A stretch of DNA of 64,000 nucleotides, taken from assembly GCA_963752595.1 (NCBI GenBank), contig CAVVYZ010000001.1, forward strand, positions 128,001 to 192,000. The letters are read 5' to 3'. Shown in pieces: positions 52,020 through 62,133 of the stretch. This DNA comes from an uncultured delta proteobacterium (GTDB lineage Bacteria > Desulfobacterota > Desulfomonilia > UBA1062). The notes under the pieces are model-generated. The model was not told the origin of the DNA and did no database searches. It saw nothing but the letters and a program-made list of their open reading frames with translations. Each line of letters begins with the position of its first letter. The first letter of the stretch is position 1. The position numbers and the translations under genes were made by a program.

Positions 52020-52745
52020 ATGACAACTTTGACTTTTGCACGGCCGCTGACACGGAACAAGCTTTCCGAAGAGATAGAGAATATTCTTTTAAAGGGCATC
52101 ATCATGGGCCAGCTGCGAGTGGGCGAAAAGCTTCCTACGGAAAGGGAGCTCGCACTGGACCTCGGCGTCAACAGATCAACAGTCAGGGCAGGCTTGAGCA
52201 AGCTCGAATCTCTTGACCTCGTCGAGATACGCCACGGCGACGGCGTATATGTGAAGAATTATCTCGAGAGCGGAAATCTCGAGCTCATCAGGGCAATGAT
52301 CCGGCTCGACGATGAGCAGAGGGACAGCATCATCTCGACCCTGCTCGAGTTTCGCACCATCATCGGCCCCGAGATGGCCTCGCTTGCAGCAAGGAACAGG
52401 ACGGACGAGCACCTTGCCTCCCTGGAAGAGGTAATCTGGAAAAACCGAGATCTCTCCATGCTGGAAAAAGATATCAAGGTGCATCATATCATCGGCCTGG
52501 CAAGCGCCAACATCCTGTATCTGTTTCTGTTGAACTTTTTCAATAAGTTCGTAACGGAATATGGGTATCTCTATTTCAATGATCCTGAAAACATAGCGCG
52601 ATCCCAGCGTTTCCATGAGGAAATCTACCATGCCGTCCGCGAAAAAGACGCCGGAGAAGCGAGAAGGATCATGGAGGATGTCATGAAATTCGCAGAAGAC
52701 GCGGTGGTCGACAAGCTGCAGATCGGGAAGAAATCAAGGAGGTAA
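52020..52745 (+). CDS. GntR/FadR family regulator
   Basis: GEKLPTERELA...VNRSTVRAGL...HGDG plus an FCD-like C-terminus; AAGGAG RBS. Confidence 0.93.
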   Translation: MTTLTFARPLTRNKLSEEIENILLKGIIMGQLRVGEKLPTERELALDLGVNRSTVRAGLSKLESLDLVEIRHGDGVYVKNYLESGNLELIRAMIRLDDEQRDSIISTLLEFRTIIGPEMASLAARNRTDEHLASLEEVIWKNRDLSMLEKDIKVHHIIGLASANILYLFLLNFFNKFVTEYGYLYFNDPENIARSQRFHEEIYHAVREKDAGEARRIMEDVMKFAEDAVVDKLQIGKKSRR

Positions 52746-52749
52746 GAAC

Positions 52750-54429
52750 ATGGAAAGGTTTATTGAAAAGCACACGAAAGAACATTTTGACGTGATTGTG
52801 GTCGGAGGAGGCATTACCGGCGCCTCTGTTGCCTATGATGCAGCGAGCCGCGGCTTGAAGACGGCGCTGGTGGAGAAAAAAGATTTTTCGGGGGCTACCT
52901 CTTCAGCCACCTCGAAGCTTATCCATGGAGGGTTGCGCTACCTTGCGAACATGGAATTCTCACTGGTGAGGGAATCGCTCAAAGAGAGGAAAATCCTCGA
53001 AGATATCGCGCCGAACTTTGTCTATCCGTTTCCCATGCTCATGACTCACTACAAGTCCACGCTCAAGAACAGCAAGTGGGCGATAAAGGCCGGCCTCACC
53101 ATCTACGACATCCTTTCCTATGACCGCGGCAAAACGTGGGACGAGAGCAAGAAGATTCCTCTTCACAAGACGATATCGACCAGAAAAGCCGTCGAGATGC
53201 AGCCGTGCCTGAAAGAGCAGAAGCTGACGGGCGCTTCGATCTTTTATGACTGCATGAGCATTTTCCCCGAGCGCCTCACGCTCGCATTCATCAAATCCGC
53301 CATAGCCTTTGGCGCAAAGGTCGCGAACTATACAAAGGTGGACGGGTTCATCGTCGACGATGCCGGCAGGGTGGCTGGGGTGAAGGTGACGGATACCCTG
53401 AACGATACCCATCATGAAATCAAAGGAGATATCACCATCAATTGCGGAGGTCCCTGGGCCGACATTCTCCTGGGGCTCGCAAAAAAAGGAGAGGTGAACG
53501 AGACACTTCGCCGTTCCGAAGGAATACATATCATTACAGATAAAAAGGTTGATGACGGCAGCGTGGTTGCATCCATGACGCCCAAGGGCAGGCATTTCTT
53601 CCTGATCCCCTGGCGGGGGCATACGCTCATAGGAACCACGGACAAGGAATATGTCGGGAGCCCGGATCAGTACCGCGTCACCAGGCAGAGCATCATGGAG
53701 CTTATCGATGAGGTGAACTCCACCTTCGGGGAAGGCTTCGTGAAATTTGATGAAGTGAAACATACCTATGGCGGTTTGCGCCCCCTGGTGGAGGAACAGA
53801 CCGAGGGAACGTACGAGTCTTCGAGAAAGTACGAGATCTACGACAATGCCGCAGACGGCCTCGACGGCCTCATCACCGTTGAAGGCGGCAAGTATACCAC
53901 CAGCAGGAACCTCGCGCAGAAAGTAATGGACCTTGTGTGGCAGAAGACGAGCAAGCCCATGGGCCAGGCCATTACGGCCATGCGGTATCTCCACGGCTGC
54001 GAGATCCGGGATATCACCACATTCATCGAAGGCGCCAAGCAGAAGCACCCCGGCTTCAGCGCGAAGACCCTTGAATACGTGGGCAGGCATTACGGCACCG
54101 AATATGAGAAGGTCCTCGGGATAGCAGAAAAAGACAAAAAATATGCAGAGGTCGTCACCCATGACGGTGAGATCCTGGCCGAGGTTGTATTTGCGATACG
54201 GCATGAGATGGCCGGATCCTTAAGTGATATCGTGCTCAGGAGGACAGGCATCGCGACGCTCGGCAACCCGGGAGAGGATATCCTGCACAAGGTAGCAGCA
54301 GTTGCCGCCCGCGAGCTTGGCTGGGATAAAAAGAAGAAGGAGCGGGAGTACAGGGCCGTGGTCGAGCTGCTGGCGATCCCCGGTATGGGGACAGAGGATA
54401 ATCGGGAAACGACATCCGGGAGGAAGTGA
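52750..54429 (+). CDS. glpD: FAD-dependent glycerol-3-phosphate dehydrogenase/oxidase
   Basis: VVGGGITG, TSSATSKLIHGGLRYL, GGLRPL and GGKYTTSR motifs. Confidence 0.88.
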   Translation: MERFIEKHTKEHFDVIVVGGGITGASVAYDAASRGLKTALVEKKDFSGATSSATSKLIHGGLRYLANMEFSLVRESLKERKILEDIAPNFVYPFPMLMTHYKSTLKNSKWAIKAGLTIYDILSYDRGKTWDESKKIPLHKTISTRKAVEMQPCLKEQKLTGASIFYDCMSIFPERLTLAFIKSAIAFGAKVANYTKVDGFIVDDAGRVAGVKVTDTLNDTHHEIKGDITINCGGPWADILLGLAKKGEVNETLRRSEGIHIITDKKVDDGSVVASMTPKGRHFFLIPWRGHTLIGTTDKEYVGSPDQYRVTRQSIMELIDEVNSTFGEGFVKFDEVKHTYGGLRPLVEEQTEGTYESSRKYEIYDNAADGLDGLITVEGGKYTTSRNLAQKVMDLVWQKTSKPMGQAITAMRYLHGCEIRDITTFIEGAKQKHPGFSAKTLEYVGRHYGTEYEKVLGIAEKDKKYAEVVTHDGEILAEVVFAIRHEMAGSLSDIVLRRTGIATLGNPGEDILHKVAAVAARELGWDKKKKEREYRAVVELLAIPGMGTEDNRETTSGRK

Positions 54430-56147
54430 TGCTCACGAAAAAAGTGTTCCAGCCTGACTGGACGGAAACAGCGCCAAGGAAAGGCACCATCAGGTCCATC
54501 GTGAAATACGGCAAGCAGGATGCCTTCAAGCATCCGAGTCACGGGTGGGTCGGCATGATGATGGATGAGTTTGCCATGGATAAGGATGATTTTAGCCGCA
54601 AGGTCGAGGAAGGGAACACCGAGGTGGTGCTTGAGAAACCGGTAGCGCTCGACGCAAAGCATATTGAGCGGTTCCGGGAAATCGTCGGAAAAGAAAATGT
54701 CGTAAACGACGGCTACAGCAGGGTCAAGTATGCCTACGGCAAAACCACCGAAGAGCTCATGGAGCTTCGCAAAGGCATCATCCGGGAGGTGGCCGACGTT
54801 GTGGTGCACCCGAGGGATAAGCAAGACGTGAAGGACCTGGTTGCCTACTGCAACGAAAACCGCATTCCCATCTATGTATTCGCTGCAGGTTCCTCGGTGA
54901 ATTTCGGTGTGAGGCCCGCCAAAGGAGGCGTGACCCTGGTGATCAGCACGCACATGAACAAGCTTCTCGAAATCAACGAGGCCGACCAGACAGCCCGGGT
55001 CCAGCCCGGTATGTTCGGCCCAGCCTATGAAGAGGCCCTCAACCGTGCGCCCGAGATCTACGGCACGAAAAGAAAATATACCTGCGGGCACTTCCCCCAG
55101 TCGTTCGAGTACTCAACGGTCGGCGGATGGGTCGTCACGCTCGGGTCGGGACAGGCGTCTACCTATTACGGCGATGCCTGCGACCTCGTCATCAGCCAGG
55201 AATACGTGACCCCGGCAGGCACGTTTGAAACGCATGAATTCCCCGCATCGGCCACGGGCCCGAAGGTGAGCGACATCATGAAGGGCTCCGAAGGCACGTA
55301 CGGGATCCTCGTGGAAGTGGTCATGAAGATCTACCGCTTCATGCCCGAGAACAGGAAATACTTCAGCTTCATGTTCCCCTCGTGGGATGCTGCAGTCGAT
55401 GCGAGCAGGGAGATCATGCAGGCCGAATTCGGAAAGCCTGCGATTTTCAGGATATCCGACCCGGAAGAGACCGACCGGGGCCTCAAGCTCTACGGCATTC
55501 CTTCATTCGTTGACAGGTATCTGGTAAAGAAAGGCTTCCTTCCCATGGAGCGCTGCCTGTGCCTGGGTACTGTGGAGGGAGAGGGCGGCTACACGAAGCT
55601 CGTCAAGAAAAAGATCATAAAGGTGTGCAAATCCTACGGCGCTCGCTACCTGACAGGCTATGCGGCAAAAAAGTGGGAGAAGACCCGGTACACCGAGCCA
55701 TACATGCGTGAGGACCTGCAGGATTACGGCATCCAGATCGATACCCTAGAGGCGAGCGTCACCTGGGCAAACCTCCATCAGGTGCACGAGGGTGTGAGAG
55801 CCTACATCAAGAACAGGCCCAAAACCATGTGCATGACCCATGCCTCCCACTTTTATCCCCAGGGTACGAACCTGTATTTCATTTTCATTATGAAAACCAC
55901 GGATGTCGAGGAATTCAAGTCCTTCCAGCGGGGTGTCATCGAGGCAATCATGAAGAACGGCGGCTCCCTGAGCCACCACCACGGTGTCGGCCGTATGATG
56001 GCGCCGTACCTTGACGAATACCTGGGACCTGAGCAGATGGATGCTTTACGGGCTCTGAAAAAGCATTTCGATCCGAACGGCATCCTGAACCCCGGCGGTC
56101 AGCTGGGCCTGGACCTGCCCGAGGATAAGAGGGTACACCTGAAGTAG
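54426..56147 (+). CDS. FAD-linked oxidoreductase, alkyl-dihydroxyacetonephosphate synthase-like
   Basis: CGHFPQSFEYSTVGGWV, GSEGTYG, HASHFYPQG and SHHHGVGR (triple His) motifs. Confidence 0.82.
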   Translation: MMLTKKVFQPDWTETAPRKGTIRSIVKYGKQDAFKHPSHGWVGMMMDEFAMDKDDFSRKVEEGNTEVVLEKPVALDAKHIERFREIVGKENVVNDGYSRVKYAYGKTTEELMELRKGIIREVADVVVHPRDKQDVKDLVAYCNENRIPIYVFAAGSSVNFGVRPAKGGVTLVISTHMNKLLEINEADQTARVQPGMFGPAYEEALNRAPEIYGTKRKYTCGHFPQSFEYSTVGGWVVTLGSGQASTYYGDACDLVISQEYVTPAGTFETHEFPASATGPKVSDIMKGSEGTYGILVEVVMKIYRFMPENRKYFSFMFPSWDAAVDASREIMQAEFGKPAIFRISDPEETDRGLKLYGIPSFVDRYLVKKGFLPMERCLCLGTVEGEGGYTKLVKKKIIKVCKSYGARYLTGYAAKKWEKTRYTEPYMREDLQDYGIQIDTLEASVTWANLHQVHEGVRAYIKNRPKTMCMTHASHFYPQGTNLYFIFIMKTTDVEEFKSFQRGVIEAIMKNGGSLSHHHGVGRMMAPYLDEYLGPEQMDALRALKKHFDPNGILNPGGQLGLDLPEDKRVHLK

Positions 56148-56258
56148 CCGGGTGGTCCCGGATTGATTATCCCCCATGCAGCTTCCCTTATGAGAAGGGG
56201 GAAGGCATGGGGCATGGTTTATCAGGAGCATTCATCGACGGACGGAGGCATCCAAAAA

Positions 56259-56651
56259 TCAGAGAGACGGAATCTTTTTCACGGTGCTCAGGACGATGTA
56301 GACCCCCAGGAAGATCACGAATACCCCGAAGGCAAGGCGTAAGTATGCTTCGGGTATCCTGCTTGCAACATACGAACTGATCCATGCCCCTATGAAAAGC
56401 CCCAGGGCAACGATGATCGCAGCCCGAAAGTCGACATCCCCGTGGCGGTAATACTCCAGCACGGCCCCAAGGCCCACCGGCGGCAAGAGGATCGCAAGGC
56501 TGGTTCCGATGGCGGTATGCTGGGAAAAACCGATGAGATAAACCAGGGCAGGAACGATGATGACGCCTCCGCCGATGCCGAACATGCCCGATACGATTCC
56601 CGATATCAAACCGATCAAAGCAAGAATAACGATGCCTGATCCATGATCCAT
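56259..56651 (-). CDS. TauE/SafE (TSUP) family half-size membrane protein
   Basis: SGMFGIGGGVIIVPAL and AIGTSL motifs. Confidence 0.88.
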   Translation of the reverse strand: MDHGSGIVILALIGLISGIVSGMFGIGGGVIIVPALVYLIGFSQHTAIGTSLAILLPPVGLGAVLEYYRHGDVDFRAAIIVALGLFIGAWISSYVASRIPEAYLRLAFGVFVIFLGVYIVLSTVKKIPSL

Positions 56652-56821
56652 GAGCGACCCCCCTCTGATTCTTGTCTATAAAATCAAGAATAATGAAAGG
56701 GAGTAGCACATGCCAATCAAAAACGATATAAATCGTCAGTGATAAATTTATCAGCAGATTCTTGAAATGCTTAAAGGAAACCCGGAAATACCGTGTACCG
56801 GGCGGAAAGTGCGGCAGTCTT

Positions 56822-58423
56822 TCAGAAAAGGTGCTGCCTGATGATCTCCTGCAGTTTTTCGGCACTGAAAGGTTTATGGAGAAAACCCGAGACTCCTGCC
56901 TTTTGAGCCAGATCTTCCTGGGAGGATTCCGATTCCGTGGTGACCATCAGGACCGGAATATCGGCATGGCCCGGCATGCATCGCACATTTGTGGTAAACT
57001 CTATTCCGTCCATAACGGGCATGTTCATGTCGGTCAGGACAAGGCAAAGCTTTTCCCTGCCCGAGAGGACATCCAGCGCGTCTTTGCCGTTTTCGGCAGT
57101 GGATATCTTCAAGCCCATGGATGCGGCGATGCTTCTGTAGAAGTTCAGCATGGCCTTTGAATCGTCGACAGCGAGAATATGAAGGTCTTTTGCCTTGCCG
57201 GAGACACTTTCGAGTGCCCGTGCATCGGTTCGAGCCCGGCAGACGGCCATCTCAGCGAGTTTTTCACGGAACAGCCGGATGAGTTCGTCATCTCCGGAAT
57301 TGCCGATCTCTTCGATAAGCAGGGAAGCGATCGTTTCATTGCCGGTGTAGAGGCCTTCGAAAATGTTCAGTGCCCTGGATGCGACAACAGCCTTTACCAG
57401 CTTCATACTCTGTCCGCTTCCCGCCACTATGATTCCTGATATCTTCTCCTGGATCCAGGGGTTCAGATGCGTATCGAGCGAAGAAACCACTGCCATGAGG
57501 ACCATTGCATCGGTCTCTTCCAGGGCATCGACGAGACAGACCAGGCTTGTCATCCCCGGGGTCCTCCCGAGCGATTCATAGATCGCGAAACGGATGTTGG
57601 GGTGCTGTGCAAGACCCTTATCCAGGGCCTTGACGAGGACATCGCCGGCCTCCTTGCTGCCGATACTGCCGAGTATGTCGGCGGCAAGTATTTTTTCGTC
57701 CACATCGCCGTGCTGAAAGATTTCGGCCAGGGGTTCTACGGCAGCAGGCCCCAAATCTGCCAGTTCCTGGTGGATCAATCTGCGTGCTGCAGGGTTCCGG
57801 TGGTGTACCTTTGATGCAAGAAAACAGACGGCATCCTTGTCTTTGAGTTTGGCCAGGGTCATGATGGCGCTTGCTGCAGGCAGGTCGCATTCTCCGCCGA
57901 AAACATTCGATTCGGCTTCTGAAATGATTTCACACATCCGGTTCATTGACGAGAGGTCTCCCAAGGCCCCGAGTATCTCGATGCACTGGGAGGAAATGAG
58001 CGGGTCTTCATGGTCCATGAATTTTATAAAAAGATCAAGAGATCCGGGAGGCAGTATCTGGGAAATGGAGGAGATAAGTGCGAAGAGCAACCCGTATTCT
58101 TTTTTATCACAGGCTTTATCAGCCACCCCGAGCAATACATCCCCTGCCGATTTGAATTTTTTCTGCCCTGCGACATCGATACATATCCTCTGTATCTCGC
58201 GGTTCTCTGATTGGAGAAACGCAACCGTATGAGATTCGCTCCCTGCGAACAGTGACTTCACGGTATCTCTGATAACCAGCCCGACTGCCTCGTGCCGTGA
58301 GATCTTCTCGATGAGACGAATGATCTCGGGAATGGATTCATAATCTTTATTCTGAACGAGCGAACTCATGAGTGAAACCTGTTCAATGAAGTCTCTTGAT
58401 TCAAAATCCTTGAGTTGGGTCAT
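56822..58423 (-). CDS. HEAT-repeat protein with C-terminal receiver domain
   Basis: HEAT-like helical repeats followed by ILAVDDS...LTDMNMPVMDG...VTTE...KPF. Confidence 0.88.
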   Translation of the reverse strand: MTQLKDFESRDFIEQVSLMSSLVQNKDYESIPEIIRLIEKISRHEAVGLVIRDTVKSLFAGSESHTVAFLQSENREIQRICIDVAGQKKFKSAGDVLLGVADKACDKKEYGLLFALISSISQILPPGSLDLFIKFMDHEDPLISSQCIEILGALGDLSSMNRMCEIISEAESNVFGGECDLPAASAIMTLAKLKDKDAVCFLASKVHHRNPAARRLIHQELADLGPAAVEPLAEIFQHGDVDEKILAADILGSIGSKEAGDVLVKALDKGLAQHPNIRFAIYESLGRTPGMTSLVCLVDALEETDAMVLMAVVSSLDTHLNPWIQEKISGIIVAGSGQSMKLVKAVVASRALNIFEGLYTGNETIASLLIEEIGNSGDDELIRLFREKLAEMAVCRARTDARALESVSGKAKDLHILAVDDSKAMLNFYRSIAASMGLKISTAENGKDALDVLSGREKLCLVLTDMNMPVMDGIEFTTNVRCMPGHADIPVLMVTTESESSQEDLAQKAGVSGFLHKPFSAEKLQEIIRQHLF

Positions 58424-58455
58424 GCGTTTTTCCTCCGGCTGTCTCTCATTAAGGA

Positions 58456-58917
58456 TTATTTCTCGAAGCAGACCTCAAAGGTGAAGTCACCGTTTTCCGT
58501 GCTGAAAGGGACGGCTATGATGGGATACGTTGTCATATGGGTGATAACATGATTTTTGCCGGTGATAACCGTAGGGATTGCGCCCTTGACGGTCTTGCCC
58601 ATTGCCTGAAGTTTCTGCCGGCCGTTTCCGGAAACGATGTTGAGGATTTCTCCGACCGCGTCCTTGACCTCGTCGTTGATATCCTGGATTTCCTCACCGA
58701 ACATCTTGGAGACAATCTTGAGGATGCACTTTTTCGTGAAGGTAACCGATATTGTTCCTTTAGCCTCTCCGCTTAAGCCCACGATTCCCGAGACATCGCC
58801 CTGGGCCACGAAATCTTTTTTCAGATAAGGCGTTCCCACATGTGCATTGGTGAAGGCAAGCGATGACAGCACATAGATAGTTGCATCGATAAATGGGTTC
58901 ACCATCTGTACATCCAT
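58456..58917 (-). CDS. cheX: CheX family phosphatase
   Basis: NPFI, GDVSGIVGL and DAVGEILNIVSG (E-x2-N) motifs. Confidence 0.92.
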   Translation of the reverse strand: MDVQMVNPFIDATIYVLSSLAFTNAHVGTPYLKKDFVAQGDVSGIVGLSGEAKGTISVTFTKKCILKIVSKMFGEEIQDINDEVKDAVGEILNIVSGNGRQKLQAMGKTVKGAIPTVITGKNHVITHMTTYPIIAVPFSTENGDFTFEVCFEK

Positions 58918-59007
58918 AGTATCCTCGCCACCGTATTGATCCGGTACTTATGTGGGTTATATCGGCAACGGCGTAATGAATATTGAACAATAAAATGAGC
59001 GAAAATA

Positions 59008-59649
59008 CTATGGTGCCGCGGGCATGCAGAGTGTGTATGCGGCAATGCCGAAGGCAACGGAAGCATTCAGAGAGGTCTTGGTTCCTCTCATGGGAATGTG
59101 AAAAACCTTGTCGCAGAGACTAAGGATATCAGGATCGACGCCGGATATCTCGTTGCCGACGATGAGTACCACAGGCGGCCCCTCGATCTCCCGAAGCGCT
59201 TCCTGCAGAGGCAGGGAGGTGTTTCCTCCCTCCAGTGCCCACAGTCTCCTGCCCGATTCCTTGAGCCGCCCTGCTGCAATGAGCCCGTTTGTCATGTAAC
59301 TCCAGGGCACGGCTTCCTGGGCGCCCAATGCGGTTTTTGCGAGTCTGGGGTTGTCCGGTGTGGGGGTCATGCCGCAGAGATAAAGGTGGGAAATGCCTGC
59401 ACCGTCAGACGTCCTGAACATTGATCCCACATTATAGAGGCTGCGGATATTGTCCAGGAGTGCTTCGATGCGAGGCCCGCACAACAGGTCTGCTCCTCTG
59501 CTCACCTGGTGCTCTTCATAGGGAGCGGTAACCGGCCTGGTGAGGAAACCGCACAGGGGACACCTGTCTTTCAAGCCCGGCATCTCGACAACAGGAAACC
59601 TCATCCTGCACGATGAGTTTTCACATTCCATGATGATATGCCGAATCAC
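59008..59649 (-). CDS. SpoU/TrmH family RNA methyltransferase with N-terminal Cys4 (Zn-ribbon-like) segment
   Basis: LDNIRSLYNVGSMFRT, GNEISG and SLNASVA motifs; CxxxxC...CPLC. Start position uncertain. Confidence 0.88.
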   Translation of the reverse strand: MIRHIIMECENSSCRMRFPVVEMPGLKDRCPLCGFLTRPVTAPYEEHQVSRGADLLCGPRIEALLDNIRSLYNVGSMFRTSDGAGISHLYLCGMTPTPDNPRLAKTALGAQEAVPWSYMTNGLIAAGRLKESGRRLWALEGGNTSLPLQEALREIEGPPVVLIVGNEISGVDPDILSLCDKVFHIPMRGTKTSLNASVAFGIAAYTLCMPAAP

Positions 59650-59886
59650 GCCGCCCACATTTAATTGAATATCACAGAGGGGAGGAAACGGGCAAACAGA
59701 ACCGCTCCTTTGAGGGGGCACTCCAATAAAAAAAGACCGGGTTGGATTCCCCTTCTTCCTCTCCCCTTAGGGTATCCGCATAGCAAAGTCGTGAGAGGAC
59801 ACAGAGAACGAGGGCAGCTTTGATACTCTGCTGCTCGCTTAAGGGGTACTTTATCTGTCCTGTCGGAAACGATACCCGAGAAGAGG

Positions 59887-60348
59887 CTATTCCTCTATGC
59901 AGATCTCGATGGTGAATCCGCCGTTATCGGTTTCGAAAGGAACGGCAACGATCGACTGCTTGGTAATATGGGTAATGGTGTGGTTCTTCCCGGCGATCAC
60001 GGTAGGGATGGCGCCCTTCAGTATCTTGCCGGTAGTCTCGATCTTTTTTCTTGCTTGCCCGGATACGATGTTGAGGATCTCTCCGACCGCGTCCTTGACC
60101 TCGTCATTGATCTCCTTGATCTCTTCGCCGAACATATTGCTGACGATAGCGAGAATGCACTCCTCGGTAAAACTGACGGAAATGGTCCCGCTCGCCTCGC
60201 CGATCAGGCCGACAATTCCGGTGACATCCCCTTTGGCAACAGTATCTTTCTTGAGGTAGGGCTTCCCTGCAGTGGCTTTTGTATATGCCATGCTCGACAG
60301 CACGTGAAGGGTCGCTTCAATGAATGGATTTACCAGTTTTACATCCAT
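59887..60348 (-). CDS. cheX: CheX family phosphatase (second copy)
   Basis: NPFI, GDVTGIVGL and DAVGEILNIVSG motifs. Confidence 0.92.
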   Translation of the reverse strand: MDVKLVNPFIEATLHVLSSMAYTKATAGKPYLKKDTVAKGDVTGIVGLIGEASGTISVSFTEECILAIVSNMFGEEIKEINDEVKDAVGEILNIVSGQARKKIETTGKILKGAIPTVIAGKNHTITHITKQSIVAVPFETDNGGFTIEICIEE

Positions 60349-60478
60349 GACATCCTCTCTGATGAAGGTTTAGTAATCATGACCTCACTATCGGTCAATG
60401 ACATTGATAAAATTAGTATGAGATGAAGTCTTTTCATAATTAATATTTATGTATTTCCGCCCTTGCCGGAAAAAACGG

Positions 60479-61435
60479 TCACTGGCGGCCTGCCTGTTCG
60501 TTGTCCAGGATGGTAGAACCATCGTTTCCGACAGCGGCATCCGCATCGAACCCGGCCCTCCACAGCTGGGAAACAAGCATGCCCAGCAGCATGAGAGAGC
60601 ACCCGATAAGCTGTCTCGTAGAGAGCTGCTCGCTGAGTATGATCCATCCTCCGAGGGCTGCGAACACCGCCTCCAGGCTCAAGAGGATTGCAGCATGTGC
60701 GCTGGGAGCTTCTCTCTGGCCTACGATCTGGAGAGTATAGGCTATGCCCACGGATATGGCGCCGCCGTAGAATATGGGCCATGCAGCATTGCGCAGGGAC
60801 TCAGCCGTAATCGACTCGCTGAAAGTCGCTGTGGCCAGGCTCAAAATCGCGCACGCCGCACACTGGAAAAACGCAAGCCTGAAGGAATCCATCTTCGGTG
60901 AGTACCGGCCGATGACGAGCACGTGCGCTGCCCAGAAAAAGGCCCCGAGAAGCACCAGGAAATCCCCGTAAGAAATCTTCAACGTTCGGGTCACACTTAA
61001 GAGATACAGGCCTGCGGCTGCAAACAGGGCGCCGAGCCATGTGCCTTTGGATGCCTTCTGGCTGAAAAGGAGCCCGAGGATTGGTACGAGCACGACATAG
61101 AGGCCGGTGATGAATCCGGCATTGCCCGCAGTTGTATACACAAGACCCACCTGCTGCAGCGATGCACCGGCAAAGAGCAGACAGCCCGCAAGGAGCCCGA
61201 CCTTGAACATGCCGCCTGTTCCTGCGGACAAGGATTTATGTGAAGCGCGCGGTCTTAGCATACCGGTGAAAAGAATGACCGGGAGAAGCACGAGTGCACC
61301 CAGCGCGAAGCGCACCCCGTTAAAGGTGAAAGGGCTTACATCTTCCATCCCCATACGCTGAGCTACGAAGGCAAAGCCCCAGAGGAGTGCGGTGATGAAG
61401 AGCATCAGATCGGATCGCAGGGCGCGTACGTTCAT
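60479..61435 (-). CDS. DMT/EamA family transporter
   Basis: Ten TM segments; LWGFAFVAQ, AGFITGLYV and LEAVFAAL motifs. Confidence 0.9.
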   Translation of the reverse strand: MNVRALRSDLMLFITALLWGFAFVAQRMGMEDVSPFTFNGVRFALGALVLLPVILFTGMLRPRASHKSLSAGTGGMFKVGLLAGCLLFAGASLQQVGLVYTTAGNAGFITGLYVVLVPILGLLFSQKASKGTWLGALFAAAGLYLLSVTRTLKISYGDFLVLLGAFFWAAHVLVIGRYSPKMDSFRLAFFQCAACAILSLATATFSESITAESLRNAAWPIFYGGAISVGIAYTLQIVGQREAPSAHAAILLSLEAVFAALGGWIILSEQLSTRQLIGCSLMLLGMLVSQLWRAGFDADAAVGNDGSTILDNEQAGRQ

Positions 61436-61448
61436 GTACGTATACGGT

Positions 61449-61928
61449 TTAGCTTTTCGTTGGCGGGGCAGGCTGCCGCAACGGTGTTTCAGCAAAGAAT
61501 CTGCTTGCGGAACGTACGAATGTACCCGGCGTGGGAGGCGTGCTCCCTTCAAGATAGATACCCATCTGCTTGAGCTTTTCTATGATGCCGAGCGCTTCGT
61601 CATTGCTGCAGCCCCTTTTTTTGTGGAGGAACACGATCCTGAGCACGAGATTATCCGTGACCATCCTCCTGATATCCGTATCGTCCTTCAATAGGGGTAT
61701 TTCTCTATCGATGCGATCGCGGTTCTGCTCGATGAAAAGCTTCATCTTCTCGTCTTCGCTTGGAAGTGAGAGCAGTGTCCTTGCAACTGCCAGGGCAAGG
61801 AGTGATGCGATATTTTCCTCATGGTCGGTGACATACCTGGCGTAGAGACGCCCGTAAATCCCTGCAAGCACCTGTTTTTCGGCCCTGAGAAGATCCTCTG
61901 CGGAAGGTACTGGTTTGCTGCAATTCAT
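61449..61928 (-). CDS. Hypothetical protein
   Basis: 159-aa ORF, co-directional with and 13 nt from the DMT gene; AGGA RBS. Confidence 0.6.
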   Translation of the reverse strand: MNCSKPVPSAEDLLRAEKQVLAGIYGRLYARYVTDHEENIASLLALAVARTLLSLPSEDEKMKLFIEQNRDRIDREIPLLKDDTDIRRMVTDNLVLRIVFLHKKRGCSNDEALGIIEKLKQMGIYLEGSTPPTPGTFVRSASRFFAETPLRQPAPPTKS

Positions 61929-62133
61929 GGTCCTGAACCTTTTCCCCTCTCATGCTGTAAATTTTCACGAAAGAGTGTAACCAAGATCCCGGATAAAGGC
62001 AACCTTGTATTCATGTTTTTTGAGAAGGGGCGGCGCAGCAGCCCCCTCTCTATTTTGCATTTCTTCCCAGTGACTGGTCCGTATACGTGAGCTTTTTGCC
62101 CCTCATCAAGAGGAGAGGGGAGTTTTCTCAATG

